A stretch of DNA of 64,000 nt, taken from positions 41,906 through 105,905 of the forward strand of contig DUNN01000011.1 in NCBI GenBank assembly GCA_012839345.1, in the 5' to 3' direction. Positions 17,827-28,451 of the stretch are shown in pieces. The position numbers and the translations under genes are program-made. The notes beneath the pieces were generated by a model. That model saw only the letters and a list, made by a program, of their open reading frames with translations, was not told where the DNA came from and did not search any database. The stretch comes from Clostridiales bacterium. GTDB lineage: Bacteria; Bacillota; Clostridia; Oscillospirales; Acutalibacteraceae. Position 1 is the stretch's first letter; each line of letters starts with the position of its first letter.

Positions 17827-20091
17827 ATGACGCTATCAATTTTTGTTCTTGGCGTGGTGCAGGGAGTCGGTTACCGTCCCTTTGTGGCGCGCCTTGCCGA
17901 GGAGCTCGGCGTAAAAGGTACGGTTCGAAATAACAGCGGCGTCGTTGAAATTACCGCCGCCGCCGACAAACAGGCGATGGAGAATTTTCTCCATCGCCTT
18001 AAATCGCAACAGCCGTCCGGTGCACAGGTGGCGCGCGTTGTCGCCCGGCCGGTGCCGGAGCAGCAATTTGCGGACTTTCGGATTATCGAAAGCTCCCGCA
18101 GTAATGCAGAAACGCCGCTGTTCCCGCCTGACCTGCCGATTTGTGAGGACTGCCTGAATGAGATGAGGAACCCCGCCGACCGGCGTTACCGTTACCCGTT
18201 TATCAGTTGTGTGGCCTGCGGCCCGCGGTACAGCATTTTGGAAAGCCTTCCTTATGACCGGGAAGGCATTACCATGCGGGACTTTCCTATGTGCGGCGAC
18301 TGTGAAACGGAGTATACCACACAGACGCGCCGCCGTCATGCACAGACCATTTCCTGCCTGGAATGCGGTCCGCAGCTTTTGTTTTCCCACGGCGAGGAAA
18401 CGCGGAGCAAAGAAGACGCCCTGCAGAAAGGGATTTCCCTGCTTCAGAGTGGGGCGGTGCTGGCGCTGAAAGGAATCGGTGGGTACCAGTTTGCCTGTCT
18501 GCCCACGAATCCGGAAGCAGTGGAGCGTCTGCGTCAAATCAAGCGGCGCGATAAAAAGCCGTTTGCGGTCATGTTCCCAAACATGGAATCCATCCGTGCG
18601 GTGTGTTCCGTCAGCGAAGAAGAAGAAACGCTGCTCCGCTCCCCTGCAAGGCCGATTGTTCTGCTTGGGAAAAAGGCGGAACCGTTTTGCGACGGGGTGA
18701 GTGGCGAAAGCCGCTTTTTGGGGGCTTTTCTGCCCTACACGGGGCTGCATCAGCTTCTTACAGACGCGTGCGGCCCGTTGGTCATGACCAGCGGCAACCT
18801 TTCGGGCGAACCAATTCTCATCCGGGATGAGGACGTGCTGAATTTGGAGCCGGACCTGCTGGGCGGTGTGCTTTACCATACGCGGCGGATCGTAACCCCG
18901 CTGGATGATTCCGTTGCGCGGGTCATCTGCGGAACGCCGCAGTTAATCCGGCGAAGCCGGGGCTATGTTCCTGCACCGCTGTTTTTGGAGCAGCAGGCGG
19001 AAAAGCCGATTCTCGCCATGGGCGGCGACCTAAAAGCCTGTTTCTGTCTGATGCAGGGCGGGCGCGCCTACTTGAGCCAGTATTTCGGCGATTTGGAGGA
19101 GTACGCTTCGGAGCAGGTTTACCGGCAGAACTTAACCCGTATGGAACGGATTTTCGGCATTTCGCCCGCGGCGGCGGTGTGTGACTTGCACCCGGGTTAC
19201 CGGACGGGCAAAATTGCAGAACAAACCGGCTTGCCGCTGCTGAAAATCCAGCACCATCACGCGCACGTTGCTTCAGTGATGGCGGAGTATGGGCTGAGCC
19301 ATTGCCTGGGTGCGGCGTTTGACGGCACCGGGTACGGGACGGACGGCTGCGTCTGGGGCGGCGAGTTCCTGTACTGCCGGGGCACTTCGTTTGAACGGGT
19401 TGCCCAGCTCAGCTATGTCACGCTCTGCGGCGGCGATGCTGCGTCGAAGGATGCGGCATTAACCGCGCTTTGTTACCGGTTTGCGGCGGGGGAGGAAACG
19501 GACGACCCGCGCGCCCCCATGGTGCGCGCCGCGCTGAACCATCGCATCAACACGGCGGAAAGCTCCAGCATGGGGCGTCTGTTTGATGCCGTAAGCGCAC
19601 TGCTGGGCATCCGAAGCTATAACACCTACGAAGGGGAATGTGCCATTGCGCTGGAAAACGCAGCGGCTCAGGCGAAAACACAGGAAATAATCCCCTACCC
19701 GTTGGACTTTGAGATCAAAGAGGATCGTGGTATAATGAAACTGGACCAGGTTGCTCTGGTACAGTCCATTGCAAAAGCCGTTCGTCAAGGCGTAGAAGTG
19801 CCCGCGATTGCACTGGGCTTTCATCTTGCGCTGGCCCGTGCCGTGCAGGAGGTTTTCCGTACGGTGCGGCGAAAAAACGGCGAAACGGTCGCTGCCCTCA
19901 GCGGCGGTGTGTTTTCCAACCGCCTGCTAACGGAGGAATGTGTGCGTCTTCTGACGGAGGACGGATTTACGGTTTATCTAAATTCCGATGTTCCCTGCGG
20001 CGACGGCGGAATTAGTTTGGGACAAGCATGGCTGGCGGCGCAGATGGTACCGGAAACAGACGGTTCTCAGTGGTCCCGAAAGGATGGTTGA
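17827..20091 (+). CDS. hypF: Carbamoyltransferase HypF
   Basis: GVVQGVGYRP acylphosphatase, CxxC zinc fingers, KGIGG, QHHHAH, DGTGYG, SSMGRLFD. Confidence 0.95.
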   Translation: MTLSIFVLGVVQGVGYRPFVARLAEELGVKGTVRNNSGVVEITAAADKQAMENFLHRLKSQQPSGAQVARVVARPVPEQQFADFRIIESSRSNAETPLFPPDLPICEDCLNEMRNPADRRYRYPFISCVACGPRYSILESLPYDREGITMRDFPMCGDCETEYTTQTRRRHAQTISCLECGPQLLFSHGEETRSKEDALQKGISLLQSGAVLALKGIGGYQFACLPTNPEAVERLRQIKRRDKKPFAVMFPNMESIRAVCSVSEEEETLLRSPARPIVLLGKKAEPFCDGVSGESRFLGAFLPYTGLHQLLTDACGPLVMTSGNLSGEPILIRDEDVLNLEPDLLGGVLYHTRRIVTPLDDSVARVICGTPQLIRRSRGYVPAPLFLEQQAEKPILAMGGDLKACFCLMQGGRAYLSQYFGDLEEYASEQVYRQNLTRMERIFGISPAAAVCDLHPGYRTGKIAEQTGLPLLKIQHHHAHVASVMAEYGLSHCLGAAFDGTGYGTDGCVWGGEFLYCRGTSFERVAQLSYVTLCGGDAASKDAALTALCYRFAAGEETDDPRAPMVRAALNHRINTAESSSMGRLFDAVSALLGIRSYNTYEGECAIALENAAAQAKTQEIIPYPLDFEIKEDRGIMKLDQVALVQSIAKAVRQGVEVPAIALGFHLALARAVQEVFRTVRRKNGETVAALSGGVFSNRLLTEECVRLLTEDGFTVYLNSDVPCGDGGISLGQAWLAAQMVPETDGSQWSRKDG

Positions 20092-20096
20092 ATAAA

Positions 20097-20309
20097 ATGT
20101 GTGTTGCATTGCCGGGAAAAGTAGTCCGTGTGGACGGAACTAAGGCACAGGTGGATTTTAGTGGAAATCTGGTTACCGCGGAAGCGGGTCTGGTAAAAAT
20201 TAAGCCGGGCGATTATGTGCTGGTTCATGCGGGCTGTATTCTGCAGGTGCTTTCCGAAGAAGAGGGAAACAGCATCAGCGCATTATTTAAGGAAATCGAA
20301 AGCTTATGA
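20097..20309 (+). CDS. hypC: Hydrogenase chaperone HypC
   Basis: MCVALPGKV N-terminus, GDYVLVHAG. Confidence 0.93.
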   Translation: MCVALPGKVVRVDGTKAQVDFSGNLVTAEAGLVKIKPGDYVLVHAGCILQVLSEEEGNSISALFKEIESL

Positions 20310-21340
20310 CAAAATATCAGGAATATCTGCAAAACTATGATGGTGAACCCATGCGTATCATGGAGGTATGTGGTACGCATACGGCGGCGATTTCGCACTG
20401 CGGGATTCACAGCATTCTTTCTCCGAAAATCAAACTGATTTCCGGGCCGGGCTGCCCGGTGTGCGTAACGGTAACCGCATATATCGACCGGCTGGTGGAA
20501 CTGGCGCTGACCCCCGGCTGTGTTGTGGTGTCGTTTGGCGATTTGCTGCGGGTCCGTGGAAGCAGCCGGAGCCTGAACGACGCAAAGGCGTTGGGCGGGC
20601 AGGTGCGCATGGTGTACACACCGATGGATACCTTAAAGCTTGCGGCGGCGGAACCGGATAAAACCTTTATTTTTGCTGCGGTCGGCTTTGAAACAACCGC
20701 CCCGGTTTATGCGATGCTGCTGGAAGAGGCGCTTCGTGCCGGAATCCAGAACATTCGTCTGTTGACTTCGCTGAAAACAATGCCGCCGGTTATTGACTGG
20801 GTCTGCGCTAATCAGGGCGGCATCGATGGTTTTCTGGCACCCGGTCACGTGAGCGTTATAACCGGGAGTGAGATTTTCCGCCCTCTGGCAGAACGGTACT
20901 CCATTCCGTTCGTGGTTTCCGGCTTTGAACCGGAACAGATTCTGCTTTCGCTTTACGCTTTGGTGAAATGCAGGGGAATGGGCAAGGCCCTGAATCTGTA
21001 TCCGTCCGTGGTCACCCCTGGTGGGAACCATACGGCACAGCAGTCGGTGAAAAAATACTTTATGCCGTGCGATGCTTCCTGGCGTGGAATGGGGTTGATT
21101 CCCGGTTCCGGACTATGTCTGCGCCCGGAATACCAGCAGTTTGATTCCGGCAGCGTGGCGCTGACGGAAGACCATGACGCTAACCCCGCCTGCTGCTGCG
21201 CAAAGGTGTTGACCGGCGCAATCGGGCCGCGGCAGTGCCCGTTGTTTGGCAAAGTCTGCACACCGCAGTCCCCGCAGGGCGCTTGCATGGTGTCCACGGA
21301 AGGCAGCTGCTATCAATATTATGTAAACAAAAGAGAATAA
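20306..21340 (+). CDS. hypD: Hydrogenase maturation protein HypD
   Basis: MEVCGTHT, SGPGCPVC, GFETTAP, PGHVS, GACMVSTEGSC. Confidence 0.95.
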   Translation: MTKYQEYLQNYDGEPMRIMEVCGTHTAAISHCGIHSILSPKIKLISGPGCPVCVTVTAYIDRLVELALTPGCVVVSFGDLLRVRGSSRSLNDAKALGGQVRMVYTPMDTLKLAAAEPDKTFIFAAVGFETTAPVYAMLLEEALRAGIQNIRLLTSLKTMPPVIDWVCANQGGIDGFLAPGHVSVITGSEIFRPLAERYSIPFVVSGFEPEQILLSLYALVKCRGMGKALNLYPSVVTPGGNHTAQQSVKKYFMPCDASWRGMGLIPGSGLCLRPEYQQFDSGSVALTEDHDANPACCCAKVLTGAIGPRQCPLFGKVCTPQSPQGACMVSTEGSCYQYYVNKRE

Positions 21341-21588
21341 AGGGCAAATAGATGGAAAGGGAAATTGCTTTCTATATATTTCCAATTATACTTGGTATGG
21401 TAAAATATGGAAAGTGCTATTGCTTTACATAACTCTGCATCTGTAAAGCGTTACTCCTTTTCACACTTTATTTTGGGGCGGTTTTTCGCCTCATTCGTCA
21501 ATTCCTTTTCCATTTTGTCGAACGAGTTTGGTGTTGAAATTTTATTCCGGATGCTCAGACCGGTATCTGCGAGAGGATGGTCATCAAT

Positions 21589-22575
21589 ATGAAAATTACA
21601 TTGGCGCATGGAAGCGGAGGAAAAGCAACTTCAGAGCTGATTCATGAAATCTTTGCAAACCGGTTCAATAATCCGGTTTTGGCAAAGATGGAGGATTCCG
21701 CCGTGGTGCCTGGTGCGGAAACCATTGCCATGACAACGGACAGCTTTGTGGTGACCCCCGTGTTTTTTCCGGGCGGCAATATTGGGCGGCTGTCCGTATG
21801 CGGAACCGTTAACGATCTTCTGATGAACGGCGCCGAGCCGAAATATCTGACCTGCGGGTTTATTATTGAAGAGGGTGCCGACAGCGAGGCTTTGGCCTGC
21901 ATTGCCGATTCCATGGCGGAAACGGCCCGCGAAGCCGGCGTTTCCCTTGTGGCCGGCGACACGAAAGTAATCGACGGCAAAGGCGGGGTGTATATCAATA
22001 CAGCGGGCGTTGGTTTTGTTCCGCGCGGCCGGGTAGTGAGCGCTTCCCAATGTGAAACCGGCGATGTGGTGCTGCTTTCCGGTTATTTGGGGGAACACCA
22101 CGCGGCGATATTAAGCTCCCGTATGGGCATTGAAAATCAGATTCAAAGCGACTGCGCGCCGTTGAACGAAATTGTAAACGCGTTGTTCCGTGCAGGGGTG
22201 CGGGTTAAAGCGATGCGCGATGTGACGCGCGGAGGGCTTGCCACCGTGCTGAACGAATTTGCGCAGTCCTCTGGCTGCTGCATAGAGCTTGAAGAAGACC
22301 GGCTTCCGGTTTCTCAGGCGGTAAAAGGCTTTTGCGGAATTCTTGGGCTGGACCCGCTTTACATGGGAAACGAAGGAAAGCTGGTGGCGGTCGTGGAACG
22401 GGAAGACGCCGAAAAAGCGCTGCAGGCCATGCGCTCCGCCCAATACGGAGCCAATGCCGCCCAAATCGGAAGTGTCATTTCCGGGCAGACCGGAACGGTT
22501 TTGGTGAAAACCGGAATCGGCGGAACCCGAATTGTCACGGAACTGTATGGCGAGGGTTTGCCGCGTATTTGCTGA
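21589..22575 (+). CDS. hypE: Hydrogenase maturation protein HypE
   Basis: LAHGSGGK, TTDSFVV, AGDTKV, MRDVTRGG, C-terminal PRIC. Confidence 0.95.
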   Translation: MKITLAHGSGGKATSELIHEIFANRFNNPVLAKMEDSAVVPGAETIAMTTDSFVVTPVFFPGGNIGRLSVCGTVNDLLMNGAEPKYLTCGFIIEEGADSEALACIADSMAETAREAGVSLVAGDTKVIDGKGGVYINTAGVGFVPRGRVVSASQCETGDVVLLSGYLGEHHAAILSSRMGIENQIQSDCAPLNEIVNALFRAGVRVKAMRDVTRGGLATVLNEFAQSSGCCIELEEDRLPVSQAVKGFCGILGLDPLYMGNEGKLVAVVEREDAEKALQAMRSAQYGANAAQIGSVISGQTGTVLVKTGIGGTRIVTELYGEGLPRIC

Positions 22576-22586
22576 TGGATAGACGA

Positions 22587-22625
22587 TAAAAGCAGGAAAA
22601 AGCGAGGATGCTTTTTCCTGCTTTT
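22587..22625. terminator. Bidirectional terminator
   Basis: AAAAGCAGGAAAAAGC-GAGGAT-GCTTTTTCCTGCTTTT between convergent genes. Confidence 0.8.
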
Positions 22626-23745
22626 ATGTTTTTTCCGGGGAATTATTGGTGCTGGTTTTGCTGCTTTTCGTGCCTGAACTCATTCGGGCACGGATTTCCG
22701 CGCCAATCCACGTGGCGATCGGCAAAATGATTTCATAAGGAACGGAAGAGATGGCGCCATATGGAATAAAATTGAAAAACTGCTGCAAGTCCTGGTACAG
22801 TAACTGCATTAATGTGATGATAAGAATTGCGCATGAAGCGGTAAAGGCTTTGTAATTCGGTAGTTTGAAAATGTGACTGAGTCCTAACGACGAAGCATAC
22901 AGGCATACGCAAAACTTAATAGAGCCGTTCAGCATTAGATTAATACCGATTAATACTTCAAAACGGGAAAAGAATTCTTTTAGCGATATAATGCTGACCG
23001 CTTCATAGGATGGAAAGTAATACATGTTGGTGGAAGGGCCTAATATGGCTACGTTCCGGATCGCTACAATAATATAAATAATGGTGTTGAAAACGAGAGC
23101 TTTCAGAAAAATTTTTTTAATATTTTCTTCTGGCCGAATATTAGAAATAAGGGTGAGGCACAGGACTGATTCTCCAAGCGGAAGAATCAGTCCGATGGCT
23201 GAAACTTTAAGGATGGTAGGAAAATCGGAATTCATTACGGGAAGCATGTTGCTGAATTCCATATCTTTGAATCCCGCGAAAAAAGTGAATAAAATAATAA
23301 CAATCACGAGCCAAGTGTATTTTGCAAGGCGTGCGATATTTTCAGGGCCGCGTGTCACGACCAGAGCGCCAACCAGAACCATAAACGCAGCGGTGATCAG
23401 TTCTGGTGTTTCAGCCATATTGACCACACGGATAAAAACAGCGAAAATCTTGGTCAGCTGGCTGGCAAGCAGGATGGCGTACATGATATAAATGGCCGTA
23501 ATAATATGCCCAACTAATTTACCGAAAACTGCGTCATTGATTTCAAACAGATTTTTTCCAGGATATAGCTTTATTAGTCGGTCATAGATGCAAATTATTG
23601 GAAGAAATAAAAGCGCAGAAATCAGAAGACAGATCCAGTAATCCTGTTTCACTTCCTTGTTGCTGGCGGCGACCACCAGACTGCCGGTCCAGAACATAAA
23701 CAGGATGCTCTGCATTTGTTTTCTTGTAATTTTTTGGTTACTCAT
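22624..23745 (-). CDS. Spore germination receptor B subunit (GerAB/KB family)
   Basis: About 10 TM; KQDYWI, ETP, NMLPV, YFPSY, SRFE motifs; in ger operon. Confidence 0.85.
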   Translation of the reverse strand: MSNQKITRKQMQSILFMFWTGSLVVAASNKEVKQDYWICLLISALLFLPIICIYDRLIKLYPGKNLFEINDAVFGKLVGHIITAIYIMYAILLASQLTKIFAVFIRVVNMAETPELITAAFMVLVGALVVTRGPENIARLAKYTWLVIVIILFTFFAGFKDMEFSNMLPVMNSDFPTILKVSAIGLILPLGESVLCLTLISNIRPEENIKKIFLKALVFNTIIYIIVAIRNVAILGPSTNMYYFPSYEAVSIISLKEFFSRFEVLIGINLMLNGSIKFCVCLYASSLGLSHIFKLPNYKAFTASCAILIITLMQLLYQDLQQFFNFIPYGAISSVPYEIILPIATWIGAEIRARMSSGTKSSKTSTNNSPEKT

Positions 23746-23754
23746 AATACTACC

Positions 23755-23973
23755 TCATGGTATCTTCAACATGGATTGAATCGCGTGCTGTATCACTGTG
23801 GTAATGGCAGGAAACTGAACCCCCATCACAATCATAATGTTTACAATGAGAGTGATGAGATAAACCGGGATAGAGAAAAACAGCCCTTTGGTTTTCTTTT
23901 CTCGAATCGCTGGGATCAGATCTGTGAAGATTAACACAACATAAAAAGCGCCGATTATCAAATAATTATCCAT
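23755..23973 (-). CDS. Small two-TM protein in ger operon (D-subunit-like)
   Basis: 72-aa hydrophobic ORF between C and B subunit genes; AAGGTGAG RBS. Confidence 0.65.
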   Translation of the reverse strand: MDNYLIIGAFYVVLIFTDLIPAIREKKTKGLFFSIPVYLITLIVNIMIVMGVQFPAITTVIQHAIQSMLKIP

Positions 23974-25114
23974 TTTCACTCACCTTAATTTTGTCCTTTG
24001 TAACGCCGGTAATGTCAATTTTCACCTTGGCGGTAACATTGCATTTTACTTTTGTAAATTCCTGATCCCACTTATCTTTTACTATATTCCAATAATCCGG
24101 ATGGTACTGACTTATTGTTTTTCCAAAGCAGAAAATATCGCATCCAAAGTTTTTCTGGGTTTTTTCAATAAGCTGTTGAATCCCGCTTTCCAGGTATTTT
24201 TGAGCAGAAGCTTCTGCTTTTTCAATTCCGTCCCGTGTAACATAATTTTTTACGGTAGTGTCTTCTGCAAGCGAGGCTTGCACTTCTACATTGATATTCA
24301 TCGTAACCTGGTCGCCTTGAATCTCGGGGGTTATTTTGGTTTTACTGCCGAAAATCTCGAGCGTAATATTTTGGCCGTCGTTTTCGGGGCTGAATACTAA
24401 CAGGCCGCCCTGCACTTTATTTCGGACAAATGAAAGGAATTTCGTATCTTCTCGTTTGATATAACCAACCAGCTTGTCTTTTTTAAAAATGGCGGATCCA
24501 TCCAGTTCGACGGTTTCAAGTTCGCCCTGCTGTATGGGCTTAATGGTCGCAAGAACCAAAGCACAGCCGTCGCCGTCCAGAAGATTAACTGCTTCGTATA
24601 GCTGAATGTTTGGGGATTCGGAGAGGTTTTCTTTGCTTTCTGAAATTGCTTTCCAAATGTCCAGTGAAATCAGAGTACTGGAGATCCCTTGTCTCTGAAG
24701 CATTTCGCCCGCAGTGGGTGCGGTGGATACGACCGGAATCATGGTAATGCGCAGTTCCTGGTCACGAAGCACAAAGTCAAAGATAGGCGCCACACCGCTT
24801 GCAGCAAGATCCTTACTGATTACCAAAATTTTTGCATCCGGGAAATACAGCCTCCGTTCGCTGTCTGCGATGGCGTTTCGCATCGCTTCAAAGATTGTTT
24901 TTCCTTGGGTGATTAAATATCTCGGCTTGGGTTGCTGCTCTTTCGGGTCCAGAAATTCAAAGGTCACTTTATACGGATATCCATTTTTCCCTTTGTCCAC
25001 TGCAAAACCGGTTACAATAGCGATCTCTTCCAGTTCACGGTAGTTCCAGCAGCCGGTCATGCACAGCATGGAAACGGTCAGCAAGGCCACCAGAAATACT
25101 TTCAATGCTTTCAT
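23966..25114 (-). CDS. Spore germination receptor C subunit (Ger(x)C lipoprotein)
   Basis: Lipobox MTGC-WNYRELEE, GKTIFEA, DIFCFG; ATGA overlap with A subunit. Confidence 0.9.
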   Translation of the reverse strand: MKALKVFLVALLTVSMLCMTGCWNYRELEEIAIVTGFAVDKGKNGYPYKVTFEFLDPKEQQPKPRYLITQGKTIFEAMRNAIADSERRLYFPDAKILVISKDLAASGVAPIFDFVLRDQELRITMIPVVSTAPTAGEMLQRQGISSTLISLDIWKAISESKENLSESPNIQLYEAVNLLDGDGCALVLATIKPIQQGELETVELDGSAIFKKDKLVGYIKREDTKFLSFVRNKVQGGLLVFSPENDGQNITLEIFGSKTKITPEIQGDQVTMNINVEVQASLAEDTTVKNYVTRDGIEKAEASAQKYLESGIQQLIEKTQKNFGCDIFCFGKTISQYHPDYWNIVKDKWDQEFTKVKCNVTAKVKIDITGVTKDKIKVSENG

Positions 25115-26619
25115 AGGGAATCTCCTTTGCTGGAATTGCGTATTTTGTTCGGAGAAAGATACTTCGGCCTTGTAATCATATTCTTCCATGAAGTGCGGTG
25201 AAGAATATCCTTTCGATCTTGTTGGTCATTCGAATAGGCACTGGTCAAAATCGGTACACCAAACGAAGTAACACTGAAAATGTAAGCTAAAAAGGCCAGC
25301 ATTCCAAACATGTACCCATATAGCCCTATCAATCCGCTAAGGAACAGTAAAATGAAGCGCAGTGGAACGCCAATGCCCTTAATTAAAGGAACCATTAATC
25401 CGGCAATTCCGGTGACAGCTACAATAATAATCAGCGGCGCGCTCACAATTTTTGCCTGCACAGCGGCTTGTCCAATAACCAGAGCGCCGACGATGCTTAG
25501 CGCTGTTCCCATATTGCCCGGCATTCTGGAGCCGGACTCCCGCAGCATTTCAAATATGACGAGCATAAAGGTGCCCTCCACTATGGTCGGGAAAGGGACG
25601 CCCTGACGGGCAGCGGCGATACTCATAATCAGGGAAGTTGGAAGCATTTCCTGATGGAAGGTAGCGAGGGAAAGGTACAAAGCGGGCATGCTGATAGAAA
25701 AAATAAAGGCGAGAATACGCAGTATACGGTTGATAGAGGCAAACATGTAATTGATAAAATAATCCTCATCACTCTGAAAATATTCAATAAAGAGATGGGG
25801 AACGGTTAAAACCACGGGGGTTCCGTCTACTACCAGCGCAACGCGGCCCTCCAGCAGTTTGGCGGCGATAACATCGGCCCGTTCCGAACTGCCAATCGTT
25901 TCAATGGGAGAATTCGGTTTATCCTTAATAATTTCACTGATATAGTTCACGTCTAAAATGCCGTCAATATTAATTTTTTGCAGCCGGGATTTTAACTCTT
26001 TCAATACTTCCGGCGCTGCAATTCCGTCAATGTAGCAGATGCAGGCGTGCGTTTTCGTGCGCACACCCAAGTTTAGATATTCCATTTTGAAATCCGGAGT
26101 ACGAATGCGCCGCCGTAGCAGGGAAAGATTCACCATAAGCGATTCGGTAAAGCCCTCCCGCGGTCCTTTTAGAATTCTTTCATTTTCCGGTTCCTCAATG
26201 GAGCGGCTCTGCCATCCCTTTGTGTTCAGCACCAGAGCCTCCATAAATCCATCTGCTAGAAGGACGGTGTCGCCGTAAACAATGGCTTGTACGATTTTTT
26301 CCATGTCGGTGGTTTTTTCTACGGTATCGGAAAGCGTAATATTCTTTGCAATCAAATCGATTAAATCCGGTTCTTTTTTATCCGGGCGATATTCTAAAAG
26401 CGGACGGATGATATCCTGATTGATTAGCCGGTTATTTACCATACCGTCACTAAAAAACAGACAGAATTTTATTGCCGGGTCGGTCGGTGTTTCCAACTGG
26501 CGCATCGTCAGCGTATCATTATTTTTAAAAATGGTGCGGATTAGCACAATATTGTCTGTCAGGCTGGTTGTTAGCTTTGACTCTTCCACAATTTGACTGC
26601 TCAGTTTGCCGGATTCCAA
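25111..26619 (-). CDS. Spore germination receptor A subunit (GerA family)
   Basis: RSIEEPENE..LKGPREGFTE, LLEGRVA..VDGTP, GALVIGQAAV; TTG start approximate. Confidence 0.92.
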   Translation of the reverse strand: MESGKLSSQIVEESKLTTSLTDNIVLIRTIFKNNDTLTMRQLETPTDPAIKFCLFFSDGMVNNRLINQDIIRPLLEYRPDKKEPDLIDLIAKNITLSDTVEKTTDMEKIVQAIVYGDTVLLADGFMEALVLNTKGWQSRSIEEPENERILKGPREGFTESLMVNLSLLRRRIRTPDFKMEYLNLGVRTKTHACICYIDGIAAPEVLKELKSRLQKINIDGILDVNYISEIIKDKPNSPIETIGSSERADVIAAKLLEGRVALVVDGTPVVLTVPHLFIEYFQSDEDYFINYMFASINRILRILAFIFSISMPALYLSLATFHQEMLPTSLIMSIAAARQGVPFPTIVEGTFMLVIFEMLRESGSRMPGNMGTALSIVGALVIGQAAVQAKIVSAPLIIIVAVTGIAGLMVPLIKGIGVPLRFILLFLSGLIGLYGYMFGMLAFLAYIFSVTSFGVPILTSAYSNDQQDRKDILHRTSWKNMITRPKYLSPNKIRNSSKGDSL

Positions 26620-26678
26620 AAAAATCGCCTTCTTTTCGTCAGTGTGATTTCTTCATGAAATGATTGCTGCTGAAATAA

Positions 26679-26707
26679 TAATATTTACGAGAAAAAGAAA
26701 ATTATTC
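26679..26707 (-). promoter_or_regulatory. Possible SigG-type promoter of ger operon
   Basis: Minus strand GAATA-N17-AATATTA; ger operons are typically forespore SigG-dependent. Confidence 0.4.
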
Positions 26708-27004
26708 ATAAGGCCGTGTCAGGCGGCGGGCATTTAATCATTCCGAAGCAAGGCGGCGACGGCATATTTGCATAAAAAGGCACAGCCGAAAACGGTGCTT
26801 TCGCGCCATTCGGGCTGTGCTCTTTGCATTTTGAACGAAGAAAGTTTACTTTAGGCTTGCTTGCGACATGGCGTAAATTCTGAGAAGAAAGAAAACCACC
26901 ACATAAAACAGGGCAGGAAAACCGTTCCCATCGTTTTTTCAAAGAAACACCGGAATCAAGACTGGTGTTTCTTGGTTCCTCCCAACGTTTTTTACAAACG
27001 GGGC

Positions 27005-27262
27005 CTAAGTATCGTTATGTTTTTTATATTTCATCTTGGTTGCCATGCCACCCCGGATATGCCGCTGTGCTTTATTGATTTCAAGTATCTGTTTTACTTG
27101 CCGGTACAGCTGGGGGTCCACATATTTTAATCGCTGTGAGACGTCTTTATGTACGGTGGATTTGCTGACCCCGAACTTTTTCGCCGCGCCGCGAACGGTG
27201 GTCTTGTTTTCAATTATGTATTCGCCGAGCTCCACGGCGCGCTCCTCAACAACACCTTTCAC
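27005..27262 (-). CDS. spoIIID: Sporulation transcription factor SpoIIID
   Basis: EERAVELGEYIIENKTTVR.AAKKFGVSKSTVHKDV..RL...NKAQRHIRGG.ATK; GTG start after GGAGG. Confidence 0.96.
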   Translation of the reverse strand: MKGVVEERAVELGEYIIENKTTVRGAAKKFGVSKSTVHKDVSQRLKYVDPQLYRQVKQILEINKAQRHIRGGMATKMKYKKHNDT

Positions 27263-28140
27263 TGTTACACCCTCCAAACAAATCCGATTGCTAAATAGGT
27301 ATGCTTGGAAGGGGAAAAATAGTACAACAGATGCCTGACGAAAACAGCATGTTTTAGGCAGGAAGAACGGGAACTGGTGTCGGCACCCACGGAACCAGTG
27401 TAGGCCGGAGCGAATTTTGGGGAATTCTTGGTTATAGGAAGGAAAGTTTGTCATGGCAGAGCTTTGAAAAGTTTATCGAGTACAGGTTGGAAGTGAAGCT
27501 AGAAGCATGTCGAATGAGAAGCAGCAGCCTTCTGGAGGACCAAATTTATCAAATGAATATTTATACAATGCGTGCTCTCTTTTAAGGAGGTACAAGAAAA
27601 ATTTTGCAGAAATTGAGGTAATATTTTCTAAATTGATGCAGTTTTAATTTCAATATGTAATTATCTTTCTTGATTTATTTTGTATAATTGTTATCAAAAA
27701 TGTAATGAGGACGGAGACAATGTGAGTACAGCCTAAAAATAAAATGGAAGCTGAATGAATCCTGGAATGAAAACGATTTGAATTAACAGTAGCATGTCGA
27801 TTAAAGCAATTTGCTATTTCCCATGAGAGTAATGTATAAAATATCTTTTAGAAACTAGAAACCAAAATAAAATGAACGAAAACCTTGCATAATAGTCTTT
27901 CATAGTCCGTTAAAACGGAGCATCTTGCCTTGGAGAACTACCTTTAAAAAGTCAAAGGTGGCTATTTGGAAAAATTCAGGTTTGCAGAGCATCGAAAAAA
28001 CTGCAAATGGGAAATAAGCAAGCATATGCTGGTGAATTAAAGTACACCGGTTCTCATCGAGGAGGTTTTGAATACCAGCCAGAAATTGAATTAACTTATC
28101 ATATATGATTCTTTCAATCTGGCAAGAGAGGGTAAACAAC

Positions 28141-28228
28141 AAGTGAAAAGGCAAATCCGTCGAAAGGCGGAGACGCAAAGCCGCAAGTCTAAAGCAAACA
28201 ATTGCTATGATCGTTGGGCCGCCGATAG
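28141..28228 (+). ncRNA. Cyclic di-GMP-I (GEMM) riboswitch
   Basis: GGCAAA-TCCGTC-GAAA-GGCGGA-GACGCAAAGC...GTCTAA...ATGA...GCCGCCG; G at the position-20 equivalent; upstream of an HD-GYP gene. Confidence 0.92.
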
Positions 28229-28451
28229 ATTAATATGGATTAAGGAACGGACGCTCATAGTTTACTTGCGGCTTAAACCATATTACAGTATAAAGTAGGC
28301 AACGTAAGGCTTGCTTACTTTTTTTATTTCTATCTGTACTTGTGAAAAAAACGATTTGTCCTGGTAAGAAATTTGAATCAATGAAATTACGAGGTACGAG
28401 TAAAAAACGGGCGTTTGAAGATAGAAATAAACAGAGAAAGGAGTCAGAAAA

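Noticed and set aside
17836-18879. 347-aa antisense ORF over hypF
   Set aside because: Shadow ORF with no motifs
21407-21592. 61-aa ORF between hypD and hypE as a possible hypA
   Set aside because: No MHE start or CxxC pairs, and no RBS
27453-27648. MAEL*KVYRVQVG... frame with an in-frame TGA and a SPOR-like YRVQVG start
   Set aside because: Similarity limited to about 7 residues; no support for readthrough or selenocysteine; at most a decayed remnant
27503-27800. AGCATGTCGA repeated twice, one copy containing a Spo0A-box-like TGTCGAA
   Set aside because: Short match compatible with chance; no array structure
28141-28228. Possibility that the riboswitch is the c-AMP-GMP (GEMM-Ib) variant
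   Set aside because: Position-20 equivalent is G, not A
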